NCBI GenBank assembly: GCA_038062675.1
Contig: JBBTWP010000001.1
Location: forward strand, 186,059-250,058
DNA: 64,000 nt
DNA from: Patescibacteria group bacterium
Lineage (GTDB): Bacteria > Patescibacteriota > Minisyncoccia > Phycocordibacterales > UBA1550
Direction: 5' to 3'
The first letter of the stretch is position 1. Each line of letters opens with the position of its first letter. The notes under the pieces were generated by a model. It ran no database searches and was not told where the DNA came from. It saw only the letters and a program-made list of their open reading frames with translations. Of this stretch, positions 31,281 through 39,959 are shown in pieces. The translations under genes and the position numbers were made by a program.

Positions 31281-31310
31281 AATCGAACCTAGATATACAG
31301 CTTCAAAGGG
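31281..31310 (-). repeat. partial copy 1 of tRNA-Gln 3' portion
   Basis: aatcgaacctagatatacagcttcaaaggg, identical to tRNA positions. Its following 28 nt resemble the flank of copy 2. Confidence 0.7.
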
Positions 31311-31338
31311 CAACCTATTGTCGGTTTATGTTCTTGGC

Positions 31339-31380
31339 TGGGAGACTAGGAATCGAACCTAGATATACAGCTTCAAAGGG
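31339..31380 (-). repeat. partial copy 2 of tRNA-Gln 3' 42 nt (att-like direct repeat)
   Basis: tgggagactaggaatcgaacctagatatacagcttcaaaggg, identical to the 3' 42 nt of the adjacent tRNA. Its 5' continuation cannot form acceptor or anticodon stems. Confidence 0.75.
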
Positions 31381-31408
31381 CGGCCTATTGGTGGTTCATG
31401 AAGAGTGC

Positions 31409-31478
31409 TGGGAGACTAGGAATCGAACCTAGATATACAGCTTCAAAGGCTGCTGTCCTACCGTTAGACGATCTCCCA
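31409..31478 (-). tRNA. tRNA-Gln (anticodon UUG)
   Basis: Manual fold of the 70-nt gene: acceptor UGGGAGA/UCUCCCA with a U1-A72 pair, D-stem GUCU/GGAC, anticodon stem GCAGC/GCUGU, loop CUUUGAA, T-arm CUAGG-UUCGAUU-CCUAG. CCA not encoded. Confidence 0.75.
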
Positions 31479-31513
31479 GCACTATTCACGAACAACACCA
31501 ATTCCTACGGACC

Positions 31514-31548
31514 GGATAAAACAGTGTACAGACACTGTTTTATTATCC
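31514..31548. repeat. hairpin repeat 1 upstream of tRNA
   Basis: ggataaaacagtgtacagacactgttttattatcc. Part of an about 100-nt tandem unit that also contains cacgaacaacaccaattcctacgg. Confidence 0.6.
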
Positions 31549-31610
31549 TACCATCAGACGCCCTCTTGAGCCAAGAACACAAACAACGACAATTTCTACT
31601 GCGTAGAATC

Positions 31611-31645
31611 GGATGAAACAATGTACTCACATTGTTTCATTATCC
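31611..31645. repeat. hairpin repeat 2 upstream of tRNA
   Basis: ggatgaaacaatgtactcacattgtttcattatcc. Followed by a degenerate tcctacc...cacaaacaacaccaattcctgcg unit. Confidence 0.6.
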
Positions 31646-31779
31646 TACCGCTCGCCGATCTTCCCTGCACTCTTCACAAACAACACCAATTCCTGCGAAT
31701 TCTGAAAAATAGTGCGTCGTCATAAAATCGTTGACGCTGTCGCCATATTAGCGCGAAATGGCTCTGAAAACAAGCGAAA

Positions 31780-32055
31780 CTAGAACAAATCACTGTGTGA
31801 GCCAATGTCTACGAGCACCAAGACAAGCTTATCGCCTATTATCTGATACATGAGTAAAATATCATTTTGTATATGACATTCACGGAGACTTTTGAGCCCA
31901 CCGGAAAGTTCATGATCTAGATATTTAGGGTCAAGCTTTTTTCCTTGTGCGAGGGCGTCAACCACTTCTTCAAGTTTCGTCGGATTAAAATCTTTGTGGC
32001 GTTTGATACGCTTATGTGCACGCTGGTATCTGCGCGATGGGAAGATTAGATACAT
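31780..32055 (-). CDS. yafQ: type II toxin, YafQ/RelE family mRNA interferase
   Basis: YafQ-like C-terminus LLMYQIIGDKLVLVLVDIGSHSDLF. Confidence 0.8.
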   Translation of the reverse strand: MYLIFPSRRYQRAHKRIKRHKDFNPTKLEEVVDALAQGKKLDPKYLDHELSGGLKSLRECHIQNDILLMYQIIGDKLVLVLVDIGSHSDLF

Positions 32056-32062
32056 GAAACTT

Positions 32063-32326
32063 CTATGCTATCGCATCATGGAGTTCGCGTGCTGTGCGAT
32101 ACCCCTTACCCTTTAAAGCTTCTTTTGCCTCGCGGACCAGTTCAGCCTTTTTTTCTTCAGGCAAAAAATCTGCACTCATGACCGGAAACGGAATAGAGTT
32201 CGTGCGCACAACTTGGGCGAGAAAAAGCTTCACGCCAGTTGACATGTCGAGCCCCATCGCTTGCAGGGCTTTGTTTGCCGCTTTTTTCATCTTGGGGTCA
32301 ATGCGAATTTGTACGGTTGTTGTCAT
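32063..32326 (-). CDS. dinJ: type II antitoxin, DinJ/RelB family
   Basis: Ribbon-helix-helix N-terminus IRIDPKMKKAANKALQAMGL. Immediately upstream of the toxin. Confidence 0.8.
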   Translation of the reverse strand: MTTTVQIRIDPKMKKAANKALQAMGLDMSTGVKLFLAQVVRTNSIPFPVMSADFLPEEKKAELVREAKEALKGKGYRTARELHDAIA

Positions 32327-32368
32327 AATACTTCTAGTATAGACAATGTAGTGACAATGTCAATACCG

Positions 32369-33415
32369 CTATTTTTCAGCTGGGGTTGTGCCCACAATGC
32401 GCATGAGTGCAAGCTCGAGGGGGAGGGTGGGGATGGTGGCGACGTGGAGGTCGCGGTAGGCGCTCAAGAGCTCGGCAACTTCGCGGGAGGCAAGGGTTTT
32501 GACAGCTTCTTTTGCGAGGCGCTCCAAAAATGCAAAATCTTCTTCGGCGACATCCTCTTGGATGTGCTTTTTCATTGCTGGCGCGAAACGGAGCAGGAGC
32601 ACAAAGCGCACTTTGCGGAGCACGAGGTCGAGAAGCACTTTCATGTCCCCTGTCCCCTTTTCTGCTTCCCTGAGTGTGATGAGCCCTTTTTCCAAGTTGC
32701 GGTCGGCAATGGCGGAAATGATGTCGTTCACGATGCGGTTTTGGGGTGCGCCGACAATAGCCTCGACTTCTTCGTGGGATATTTTTTTGTCGGGCGATGA
32801 CGTGATGACTTTTTGTAAAATGCCGAGCGTGTCGCGAAATGATCCATCGCCCAAAAGTGCCAAGAGGTCGGCAGACGAAGGCTCGAGTTTAATCCCCTCT
32901 TTTTTTGCGACGGTCTCAATCAATTTTTTCAAAATTGCGTGCGTTGGTGTTTTGAATCGATACGTCTGACAGCGCGAGACGATAGTCTCGGGGAGTTTTT
33001 GTTCTTCAGTGGTGGCGAGGATAAAAATGACATGACGTGGCGGTTCCTCGAGAGTTTTCAAAAGTGCGTTGAACGCTTCTTTGGTGAGCATGTGCACTTC
33101 GTCGACAATATACACTTTGTATTTTGAGTCGAAGGGTAATGTGTGGACCGCGTCGCGGAGTGCGCGAATGTCATCCACGCCACGGTTTGAGGCAGCGTCG
33201 ATCTCATACGTGTCGTTGTCGGTGGAGCCAATCTCGCGGGCAAAAATACGCGCAAGCGAGGTTTTGCCGGTGCCACGTGAGCCGGAGAAAAGGTAGGCGT
33301 GGGCGATGGTATCGTTCTTGATAGCGCCCGAAAGCCCTGTAACTACGGCCTCCTGCCCAATGACGTCCGCAAATGAAGCAGGGCGGTATTTGCGGTAGAG
33401 GGTTATGTCTGACAT
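32369..33415 (-). CDS. dnaX: DNA polymerase III subunit gamma/tau (short form)
   Basis: Walker A GSRGTGKTS and clamp-loader box SRCQTYRF. Confidence 0.85.
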   Translation of the reverse strand: MSDITLYRKYRPASFADVIGQEAVVTGLSGAIKNDTIAHAYLFSGSRGTGKTSLARIFAREIGSTDNDTYEIDAASNRGVDDIRALRDAVHTLPFDSKYKVYIVDEVHMLTKEAFNALLKTLEEPPRHVIFILATTEEQKLPETIVSRCQTYRFKTPTHAILKKLIETVAKKEGIKLEPSSADLLALLGDGSFRDTLGILQKVITSSPDKKISHEEVEAIVGAPQNRIVNDIISAIADRNLEKGLITLREAEKGTGDMKVLLDLVLRKVRFVLLLRFAPAMKKHIQEDVAEEDFAFLERLAKEAVKTLASREVAELLSAYRDLHVATIPTLPLELALMRIVGTTPAEK

Positions 33416-33525
33416 GGCGATAGTATATCATGTTGGCGCCCCAGCGGGCAAAAAAAAGCGCCTTTGGAAAATATCCGTGGGGCGCTTGCGGAATGCATCT
33501 CGGGTCAATATGTGGCTCTCGTGCC

Positions 33526-33795
33526 TTAGGTTTCTTTGTGTGCTTCGAGAGCCTCCTTTGCTTGTTGATGTCGAACCTCGGCGGTGCTCAGGTGGTTTTC
33601 GAGTCGTTCCCGTTCCTTGAGTAGCAGTGCGCACTCGGGAAATCGTGAACTGTCAGCATCACAACCCCGCAGTTTTTCCATGCGCCAATTACATTCATTT
33701 AATGCTTGCCTTGTCTCAACCAGTAAGGTTTCCGCAGTGCGGACATCTTGTATCAGTAACTCTCGTTGTTTGAGGGACTGAGGGGTGGTCGCCAT
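33526..33795 (-). CDS. hypothetical coiled-coil protein
   Basis: 89-aa ORF with charged helical composition. Confidence 0.35.
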   Translation of the reverse strand: MATTPQSLKQRELLIQDVRTAETLLVETRQALNECNWRMEKLRGCDADSSRFPECALLLKERERLENHLSTAEVRHQQAKEALEAHKET

Positions 33796-33943
33796 ATAGT
33801 ACCTCCAGTTGAGAAATTTAAAAGATTAACTACGCTCTTTTCTCATCCTACGGTATATTATCTATTTTGTACAGATACTGTTTGGGTGGGCAAAAAAATA
33901 CACCGCACAGATAAATTCCTGTTCGGTGCAATATATGATAGTG

Positions 33944-34219
33944 CTAACCTTGGAGTGTTCGCTGTTTTTTCTTCATGTTGTCCAAATTCTGGCGCAACTT
34001 GAGTAACTTTTGCTCCAATAGAGCACGTTTTTTCTTGTTAATATTAAGCGGGTCTTTTGCGCGTGAGACAAAACCAACAAAACTAAATTGACGATTTTTA
34101 ATGACCCGCTCAGCTTCGTCAAGTTTGCGTATCTTTGTTTCAATCTCGGCAACGAGTTGCCAGCCTGTCGAAATTTTCTGCGCAATTGCCTTTCCTGGAT
34201 CGTACTTCCTACGTCGCAT
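33944..34219 (-). CDS. hypothetical basic small protein
   Basis: Start at internal Met with a strong SD (aagaggag) 7 nt upstream. Lys/Arg-rich. Confidence 0.5.
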   Translation of the reverse strand: MRRRKYDPGKAIAQKISTGWQLVAEIETKIRKLDEAERVIKNRQFSFVGFVSRAKDPLNINKKKRALLEQKLLKLRQNLDNMKKKQRTLQG

Positions 34220-34343
34220 GGGGTATATCTCCTCTTTAGCTAAGAACTGTTCTACGTACCATAATAGGACAAATGAATAATTTTGCAATTGTTTATAAAA
34301 AAACCGCCGACGCAAGTGCGTGGCGGTTCAAGTGAAAACATCG

Positions 34344-34784
34344 TCATTGTAAGTACCCCATCCAGGATTTCCCTTGCTTTGCAAGGTCGTGCTCCTCGTG
34401 GGATATTTCACTAACGAACAGAGCTTTGTCAGTGTCATCTTCAGACCCATCCAGAGTGTAAGCTTTGGGGATTTCCTGAATTTTCGCAAACGGTGACTGT
34501 ATTACCAAGAGCAACATAAACAGAAAATCTTCTGTGGTGATTGAGTAGCCAATCGGGAGCAATCCTCTGTTGCAGAGGTTGAAAAGAATCCGAGCCGTTG
34601 CCTCATCGGGAAATTGCCAAATGATGTGAGGGCAGTGTCGCGCTAGGTCCTGACCGTACACAACAAACTTTTCACATTCTGAATCGAGCTCCCTGATTGC
34701 TGCTAAAAAAATATCGCTAGACAGAGTGTTTGGCTGCTTCCTGACCAAGATTGAGGGCTCGAGAACTCTCACGGTGTATGCCAT
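34344..34784 (-). CDS. hypothetical protein
   Basis: 146-aa ORF, no family recognised. Confidence 0.4.
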   Translation of the reverse strand: MAYTVRVLEPSILVRKQPNTLSSDIFLAAIRELDSECEKFVVYGQDLARHCPHIIWQFPDEATARILFNLCNRGLLPIGYSITTEDFLFMLLLVIQSPFAKIQEIPKAYTLDGSEDDTDKALFVSEISHEEHDLAKQGKSWMGYLQ

Positions 34785-34868
34785 ATCGTCCTCCTAGTGT
34801 AGTGGTGAGTGTGGTCGTATGAATGTCAAACAACTACTGCTACTTTTAGAATACAATAAAAAAACAGA

Positions 34869-35882
34869 CTACGCAAGGGTCGTGTTTTTAAGAAAATCAC
34901 GAGCAATCCTTTCGACGTCGGCTGCAGTGGGTGCGTCCATAAGGCGCATACGGATTTCTTTTGCGCCATCGAAGCCATTTACGTACGCACGATAGTGTTT
35001 TTTCATCACGGCGAAACTCTTGATGTCGCCTAAAAGTTTTTCAAAAAGGTGGGTGTGCTCGATGAGTGCTTCGAATTTTTCGCGATGAGTTACAGGATTG
35101 TTTGCATCCCGCGTTTCGTCAAAGAGCCACGGATTGCCAAACGCCGCGCGTCCGAGCATGGCGCCGTCGGCACCGGTTTCTGTAGTCTTTGTGCGTGCAT
35201 CAAAAATGTCGCGAACGTCGCCGTTGCCAATAATGAGTGTGCCAGTCCCCCGCGCAAACTCCACGGCGCGCTTCACGAGTTCCCACCGCGCAGGAACAAG
35301 GGAGAGTTCTTTGCGCGTACGGGCATGCACAGTAATGGCGGCAGGTTTTGTTTCTAAAATTGCGCCCAGCCATTCATCCAGATTTTCTTTGTTGTAGCCC
35401 ACGCGCGTTTTCACGGACACAGGAAGTCCTCCTGCTCCCTCCATGACGGCTCGAATGACTTCCACAGCACGTTTTGGGTCTTTGATATGCGCTGCGCCAC
35501 AACCCTGCTTCTCAATACTCTTATCAGGACATCCCATATTGATATCGATACCATCAAAGCCAAGTTCTTTAATAAGCGCTGCCGTTTTTTTCATATGTTC
35601 GGGGTTTGAGCCGAAAATTTGTGCGACAATAGGATGCTCGCCTTTCGTGAATGCGAGGTCGCGAAGAAGCACCTGTCGACCAAGGCTACACAAGCCGTCG
35701 GCAGAAACAAACTCTGTCCAAAATACATGTGGCCCACCACCCTCCTCGCCATGGCGACTATACTTTGCAACAATCTGCCGAAATGCCTCGTCGGTCACGT
35801 CTGCCATTGGTGCCAACACAAAAAAGGGCTTTTTAATATCTGCCCAGAAGCCCATAATCGGTTTTTGCGACTCGTCTTTCAT
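34869..35882 (-). CDS. dus: tRNA-dihydrouridine synthase
   Basis: FVLAPMADVTDEAFR FMN-binding Dus signature. Confidence 0.85.
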   Translation of the reverse strand: MKDESQKPIMGFWADIKKPFFVLAPMADVTDEAFRQIVAKYSRHGEEGGGPHVFWTEFVSADGLCSLGRQVLLRDLAFTKGEHPIVAQIFGSNPEHMKKTAALIKELGFDGIDINMGCPDKSIEKQGCGAAHIKDPKRAVEVIRAVMEGAGGLPVSVKTRVGYNKENLDEWLGAILETKPAAITVHARTRKELSLVPARWELVKRAVEFARGTGTLIIGNGDVRDIFDARTKTTETGADGAMLGRAAFGNPWLFDETRDANNPVTHREKFEALIEHTHLFEKLLGDIKSFAVMKKHYRAYVNGFDGAKEIRMRLMDAPTAADVERIARDFLKNTTLA

Positions 35883-35904
35883 GTTTGCACTCTAACACAT
35901 TTTA

Positions 35905-36756
35905 TTAATTTTCAAACCCGAAAAAGACTTTGTTGCCGAAACGCAAATCAATGTATTCAAGCTTTTTTTGTTGCGGACCATTTACAGGAAACTGCACCGG
36001 CAAAGCGGCGAGAAGGTTTTTTGCCAAGACGACACTATCTTGTTCTTTGTTAAAACGAAGTTCAACGCCAACAAGAACGCGATATGCACTGCTTGCATGA
36101 ATATTAATACTCATTGCTCCGTCTTCCGAAAGTGCGACACGAGATGGTTCTATGCCATGAGCACGAAGCTCACCGATAAACGTGCGAATATTTTCAAATT
36201 CCGCGCGAGGAACAATTTTGCATAGCGGTTCAAGAGCGTCTTCCTCATCAAGAAAACCGTAAAGCTGGAGGTATGCACCGTCCGAAAAAATCGGCGCGGA
36301 GTCGAAAATGAATCCGGTTTCGTCGAGGTACCAACACGGAGACATGGACTTCACTGCCACCAGACCACACCAGAGCGCGAAAGGTTTTCGTTCCGTAACG
36401 GCAACAGTGATGCTGTGCGCAGAGTCTCGTGTCGCTTTTACCGTAGCTAAACGAGGAAACTGCATTAGCACACCCTTCTCAACATCTTTTTGCGGGAACA
36501 AACGGCTGTTTTTTCTTGAATATACAAAATAATTATTTCCACCTAGAATTACATCGGTTGCACGTACAATCTCGTCAAAGGGCACTGCACGTGCACCGGT
36601 CACCTGTACCTGCTCAATGCGCCATCGCTCATGTTGAGAGATTCCTCCGCCTGCAACAAAAAAAATAATAAGAAGGAGGAAAATCGGCAACCCTCGCCCA
36701 AAGACCACGCGGAGATGCGCTCCCACCTTATTGATAATCGTGGAGATGTTTGTCAT
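35905..36756 (-). CDS. ftsQ: cell division protein FtsQ/DivIB-like (POTRA)
   Basis: N-terminal TM plus a POTRA-like region beginning RWRIEQVQVTGA. Confidence 0.6.
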   Translation of the reverse strand: MTNISTIINKVGAHLRVVFGRGLPIFLLLIIFFVAGGGISQHERWRIEQVQVTGARAVPFDEIVRATDVILGGNNYFVYSRKNSRLFPQKDVEKGVLMQFPRLATVKATRDSAHSITVAVTERKPFALWCGLVAVKSMSPCWYLDETGFIFDSAPIFSDGAYLQLYGFLDEEDALEPLCKIVPRAEFENIRTFIGELRAHGIEPSRVALSEDGAMSINIHASSAYRVLVGVELRFNKEQDSVVLAKNLLAALPVQFPVNGPQQKKLEYIDLRFGNKVFFGFEN

Positions 36757-36776
36757 GGTGCAGAAAAAACACAACG

Positions 36777-38039
36777 TTATCCAATCTTATCCTTCCCCAA
36801 ATATGGGCGCAACGCTTCCGGCACCGTAATACTGCCATCCTCATTCTGATAGTTTTCCAAAAGAGGAACAAGGATGCGCGGAGTTGCAATGGCAGTGTTG
36901 TTGAGCGAGTGTGCAAATTGCATTTTGCCTTCTTTGTTGCGGTAGCGAATGTTGAGACGACGTGTTTGGAAATCGTGGAAGTACGAAGCTGAGTGTGTCT
37001 CGCGGTATTTCCCTTCTGATGGCACCCACGCTTCGATATCATACTTTTTTACCTGTCCGAGACCAAGGTCACCAGCGCAGTTTAACACGACGTGGTACGG
37101 AATTTTGAGCTTCTGCATGAGTTTCTCTGACATCTGAAGGAGGAATTCATGATGCTTCACACTTTCTTCGTGACTCGCTTCGCACAAAATAACTTGCTCC
37201 CATTTGAAAAACTCGTGTACGCGGATGAGTCCTTTTACGTCTCTACTGTGACTGCCCGCTTCGCGACGAAATGCTGGCGAAAAAGAAATGTACTTTTTGG
37301 GAAGGTCAGCAGAAGAGAGCACTTCATCCATATGGTAGCCCATCGTCGCGACTTCAGCGGTGCCGGCAAGGAAATCTCCGTCTTGCGTCTTATAGAGATC
37401 CTCTTCGCCTTGAGGAAGAAATCCGGTGCCGAGGAGCGATTCGCGGCGCACAAGAGAGGGAACAATGAGTGGCGTAAATCCTTCCGCAGAAAGTTCGTTG
37501 AGTACAAACTGTGAAAGCGCAAAGATGAGACGCGCGCCATCATTTTTGAGTACATACCCGCGGAAACCGGAGATTTTCGTCCCACGTTCAAAGTCAGCCA
37601 TGTCGTGCTTCTGCAAAAGCTCCATCTGCCCCTTGGGGGTAAAAGAAAATTTTGGTATTTCACCCCATACTTTTATTTCCATATTGTCCGCATCGGTCGC
37701 ACCCTCGGGCACCGACATATCGGGAATGTTGGGAACCTGAAGCATAAGCGTTTGCCATTTTTTCATGGCATTCGTAAGCTCTTCTTCTTTCTTTTGAAGT
37801 TCCTCTTTTACCAACTTTGATTCTACGATCATCTGCGTACGGATAGCATCATCTGTTGCGCGAGCAACCGCTGCCGCTGTTTCGTTTTGTCGAGCACGCA
37901 TTGCCTCCACCTCAAGAAGAAGTGCTCGGCGGAGGTCATCTGCCGTGAGAAGTTCGTCAATGTTAAAATCGATATGCTTTTTTTGAGCACCGGAAGCAAC
38001 GAGATCTTTGTTTTCGCGGATGAATTTTATGTCCAACAT
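36777..38039 (-). CDS. serS: seryl-tRNA synthetase
   Basis: MLDIKFIREN N-terminal coiled coil and class II aaRS motifs. Start trimmed to the internal Met. Confidence 0.9.
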   Translation of the reverse strand: MLDIKFIRENKDLVASGAQKKHIDFNIDELLTADDLRRALLLEVEAMRARQNETAAAVARATDDAIRTQMIVESKLVKEELQKKEEELTNAMKKWQTLMLQVPNIPDMSVPEGATDADNMEIKVWGEIPKFSFTPKGQMELLQKHDMADFERGTKISGFRGYVLKNDGARLIFALSQFVLNELSAEGFTPLIVPSLVRRESLLGTGFLPQGEEDLYKTQDGDFLAGTAEVATMGYHMDEVLSSADLPKKYISFSPAFRREAGSHSRDVKGLIRVHEFFKWEQVILCEASHEESVKHHEFLLQMSEKLMQKLKIPYHVVLNCAGDLGLGQVKKYDIEAWVPSEGKYRETHSASYFHDFQTRRLNIRYRNKEGKMQFAHSLNNTAIATPRILVPLLENYQNEDGSITVPEALRPYLGKDKIG

Positions 38040-38143
38040 GATAAGGATAGTATAGCAAAGGGAAGCTTGTTGCGCAAAAATGGGCGCGGCGTACGCCGCG
38101 CCCATTTTTGCGCCGAACAACTCTGTGCTAAAATTTACCCATC

Positions 38144-39013
38144 ATGCCATCAACTCCCTACCAAATCCAAGCACTCAACCAAGAAGACTTCCCTGACCTC
38201 CTCCGCGAAATCCCCCAACCGCCCGAAAAACTTTTCCTCGCCGGCGCACTCCCCGACCCGACTGAGTATTACTACCTCTCCGTTGTCGGCTCGCGAAAAT
38301 TTACCAGCTACGGTCGCGAAGTCACCGAGCGTCTCATTGCCGGACTTGCCGGATTCCCCATCTGCATTGTTTCAGGGCTCGCTATCGGCATCGACGGTAT
38401 CGCTCATCGAGCCGCCCTCGACCACGGTCTTCCCACTCTTGCCATCCCCGGCTCCGGTCTTGATGAACGCGTGCTTTACCCGCGCGCACATCTTACACTT
38501 GCACAAGAAATCATCGCCTCAGGTGGCGGACTCCTATCTGAATACGACCCCGACCTCCGCGCTGCACCGTGGACATTCCCTCAAAGAAACCGCATCATGG
38601 CGGGCATCTCGCACGGCACTCTTGTCATTGAGGCTGAAGAAAAATCCGGAACGCTCATCACCGCGCGCATGGCGCTCGATTACAACAAAAATGTCTACGC
38701 TGTCCCCGGTTCTATTTTCACTGCCACCTCCAAAGGCACCAACAAACTCATTCGGCAAGGCGCCACCCCCATTACTTGCGCGCAAGATTTGCTTGACGAA
38801 CTTGGCTTTACTACACCTACCGCGGGCACACTCAACCTCACCCTCTTCTCTCCCGAAGAACAGGAAATCCTCACTCTCCTCAACGAACCCTGCGCACGTG
38901 AAGACATTCTCGCGACCACATCACTCTCCCCCGCCAAGGCCCTCTCCACACTCACCATCCTCGAAATCAAAGGCATCACCCGCGAGCGCATGGGCAAAAT
39001 TGAACGCATCTAA
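38144..39013 (+). CDS. dprA: DNA processing protein DprA (Smf)
   Basis: YLSVVGSRKFTSYG and GLAIGIDGIAHRAAL Rossmann-like DprA core. Block is notably GC-rich relative to its flanks. Confidence 0.85.
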   Translation: MPSTPYQIQALNQEDFPDLLREIPQPPEKLFLAGALPDPTEYYYLSVVGSRKFTSYGREVTERLIAGLAGFPICIVSGLAIGIDGIAHRAALDHGLPTLAIPGSGLDERVLYPRAHLTLAQEIIASGGGLLSEYDPDLRAAPWTFPQRNRIMAGISHGTLVIEAEEKSGTLITARMALDYNKNVYAVPGSIFTATSKGTNKLIRQGATPITCAQDLLDELGFTTPTAGTLNLTLFSPEEQEILTLLNEPCAREDILATTSLSPAKALSTLTILEIKGITRERMGKIERI

Positions 39014-39110
39014 ACACTACCCTAAATTCTGGGTGAAAACTTGACAAAACCGACAAAAAAGTGTTTCATATGGGCAGAAGTGCTCATTCATATACCTAAA
39101 GGAGAGTCGC

Positions 39111-39452
39111 GTGAACCTTCCAAGTCAAGAAATCATTTCCCGCATCGAAAAGACTATCAAAGATGCTGGATTTTTAATCAATCCTGCCACCCTCCAAAAG
39201 TCGAATTCCGACCCAACAGGTGTCTTGAGGATTGATATCTTTGGCTCTGAATCATCCAAAATGCTTCCCCGACCGATTGTCGGTTGCATGACTTTTGACG
39301 AAAAACTTTGGAAAATTTTGGTATGCGACGGAGCATACATGGTACAGATTATCGACCTTCATGCCAAACTGACTGCTGAATTGCGGAAAAGGTTTGAACT
39401 AAGGGTCCATATACTTATTACCGCTCCAGAAGCCCCGTTGGTATCTATATGA
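39111..39452 (+). CDS. hypothetical protein
   Basis: ORF only. Confidence 0.35.
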   Translation: MNLPSQEIISRIEKTIKDAGFLINPATLQKSNSDPTGVLRIDIFGSESSKMLPRPIVGCMTFDEKLWKILVCDGAYMVQIIDLHAKLTAELRKRFELRVHILITAPEAPLVSI

Positions 39453-39832
39453 ACGCCGACCTGTTGAGATGGACCAATTATCTCATTACGCGAAACAACT
39501 ACGACCGCATCTGGAGAAATCTCGATGTGGATTCGGATGAGTTTCTTACGTATCTGACTGACCATCTTCTGTATGTAGACGATGAGCTCACAAAGATGTC
39601 ACAAGAAACTCTGGAAGAAATCATTAATGCCTTTGAAGAAAACCCCACACTGGCGGACAAAAAAGAATTATTCACCAGTGCTAACGTTTCAAGGACTTAC
39701 GGAAACATGCTTCGCGGAACGGTCGTCTTGTGTCTCGCGTCGGTAATCCGAGATCGTCTTGATCCGATTATTGCACACGAAAAAAATATTCCACCTTATC
39801 TCACAATAGAAGCGGAGCGGGCTCAAAAATAG
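39449..39832 (+). CDS. hypothetical protein
   Basis: ORF overlapping the previous stop by 4 nt. Followed by a strong terminator. Confidence 0.4.
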   Translation: MNADLLRWTNYLITRNNYDRIWRNLDVDSDEFLTYLTDHLLYVDDELTKMSQETLEEIINAFEENPTLADKKELFTSANVSRTYGNMLRGTVVLCLASVIRDRLDPIIAHEKNIPPYLTIEAERAQK

Positions 39833-39845
39833 TAGCCTCTTTCAC

Positions 39846-39880
39846 CCCCTCATACTGGCAACAGTATGAGGGTTTTTTGT
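39846..39880 (+). terminator. rho-independent terminator
   Basis: ccctcatactggcaacagtatgaggg hairpin plus tttttt. Confidence 0.75.
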
Positions 39881-39959
39881 ATTTTTTATGCGATACTTGC
39901 ACACTGAAATTATCTAAAATATTTGCAAAAATAATTGTTTCGTGTACTACTATAGGGTA

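Noticed and set aside
31339-31408. Possibility that the tRNA-derived tandem units are additional functional tRNA genes
   Set aside because: Their 3' 42 nt are identical to tRNA-Gln. Their 5' portions (gcactcttcatgaaccaccaataggccg and related) cannot pair with the acceptor 3' strand or form an anticodon stem. They are partial copies, not tRNAs.
31398-31616. 72-aa plus-strand ORF spanning the tRNA and repeat array
   Set aside because: Overlaps the tRNA-Gln gene and the tandem repeats antisense. Not coding.
37887-39044. 385-aa plus-strand ORF rich in Ser/Pro/Ala/Leu overlapping dprA
   Set aside because: Alternate-frame artefact of the GC-rich dprA block. Low-complexity composition. The dprA frame has clear family motifs.
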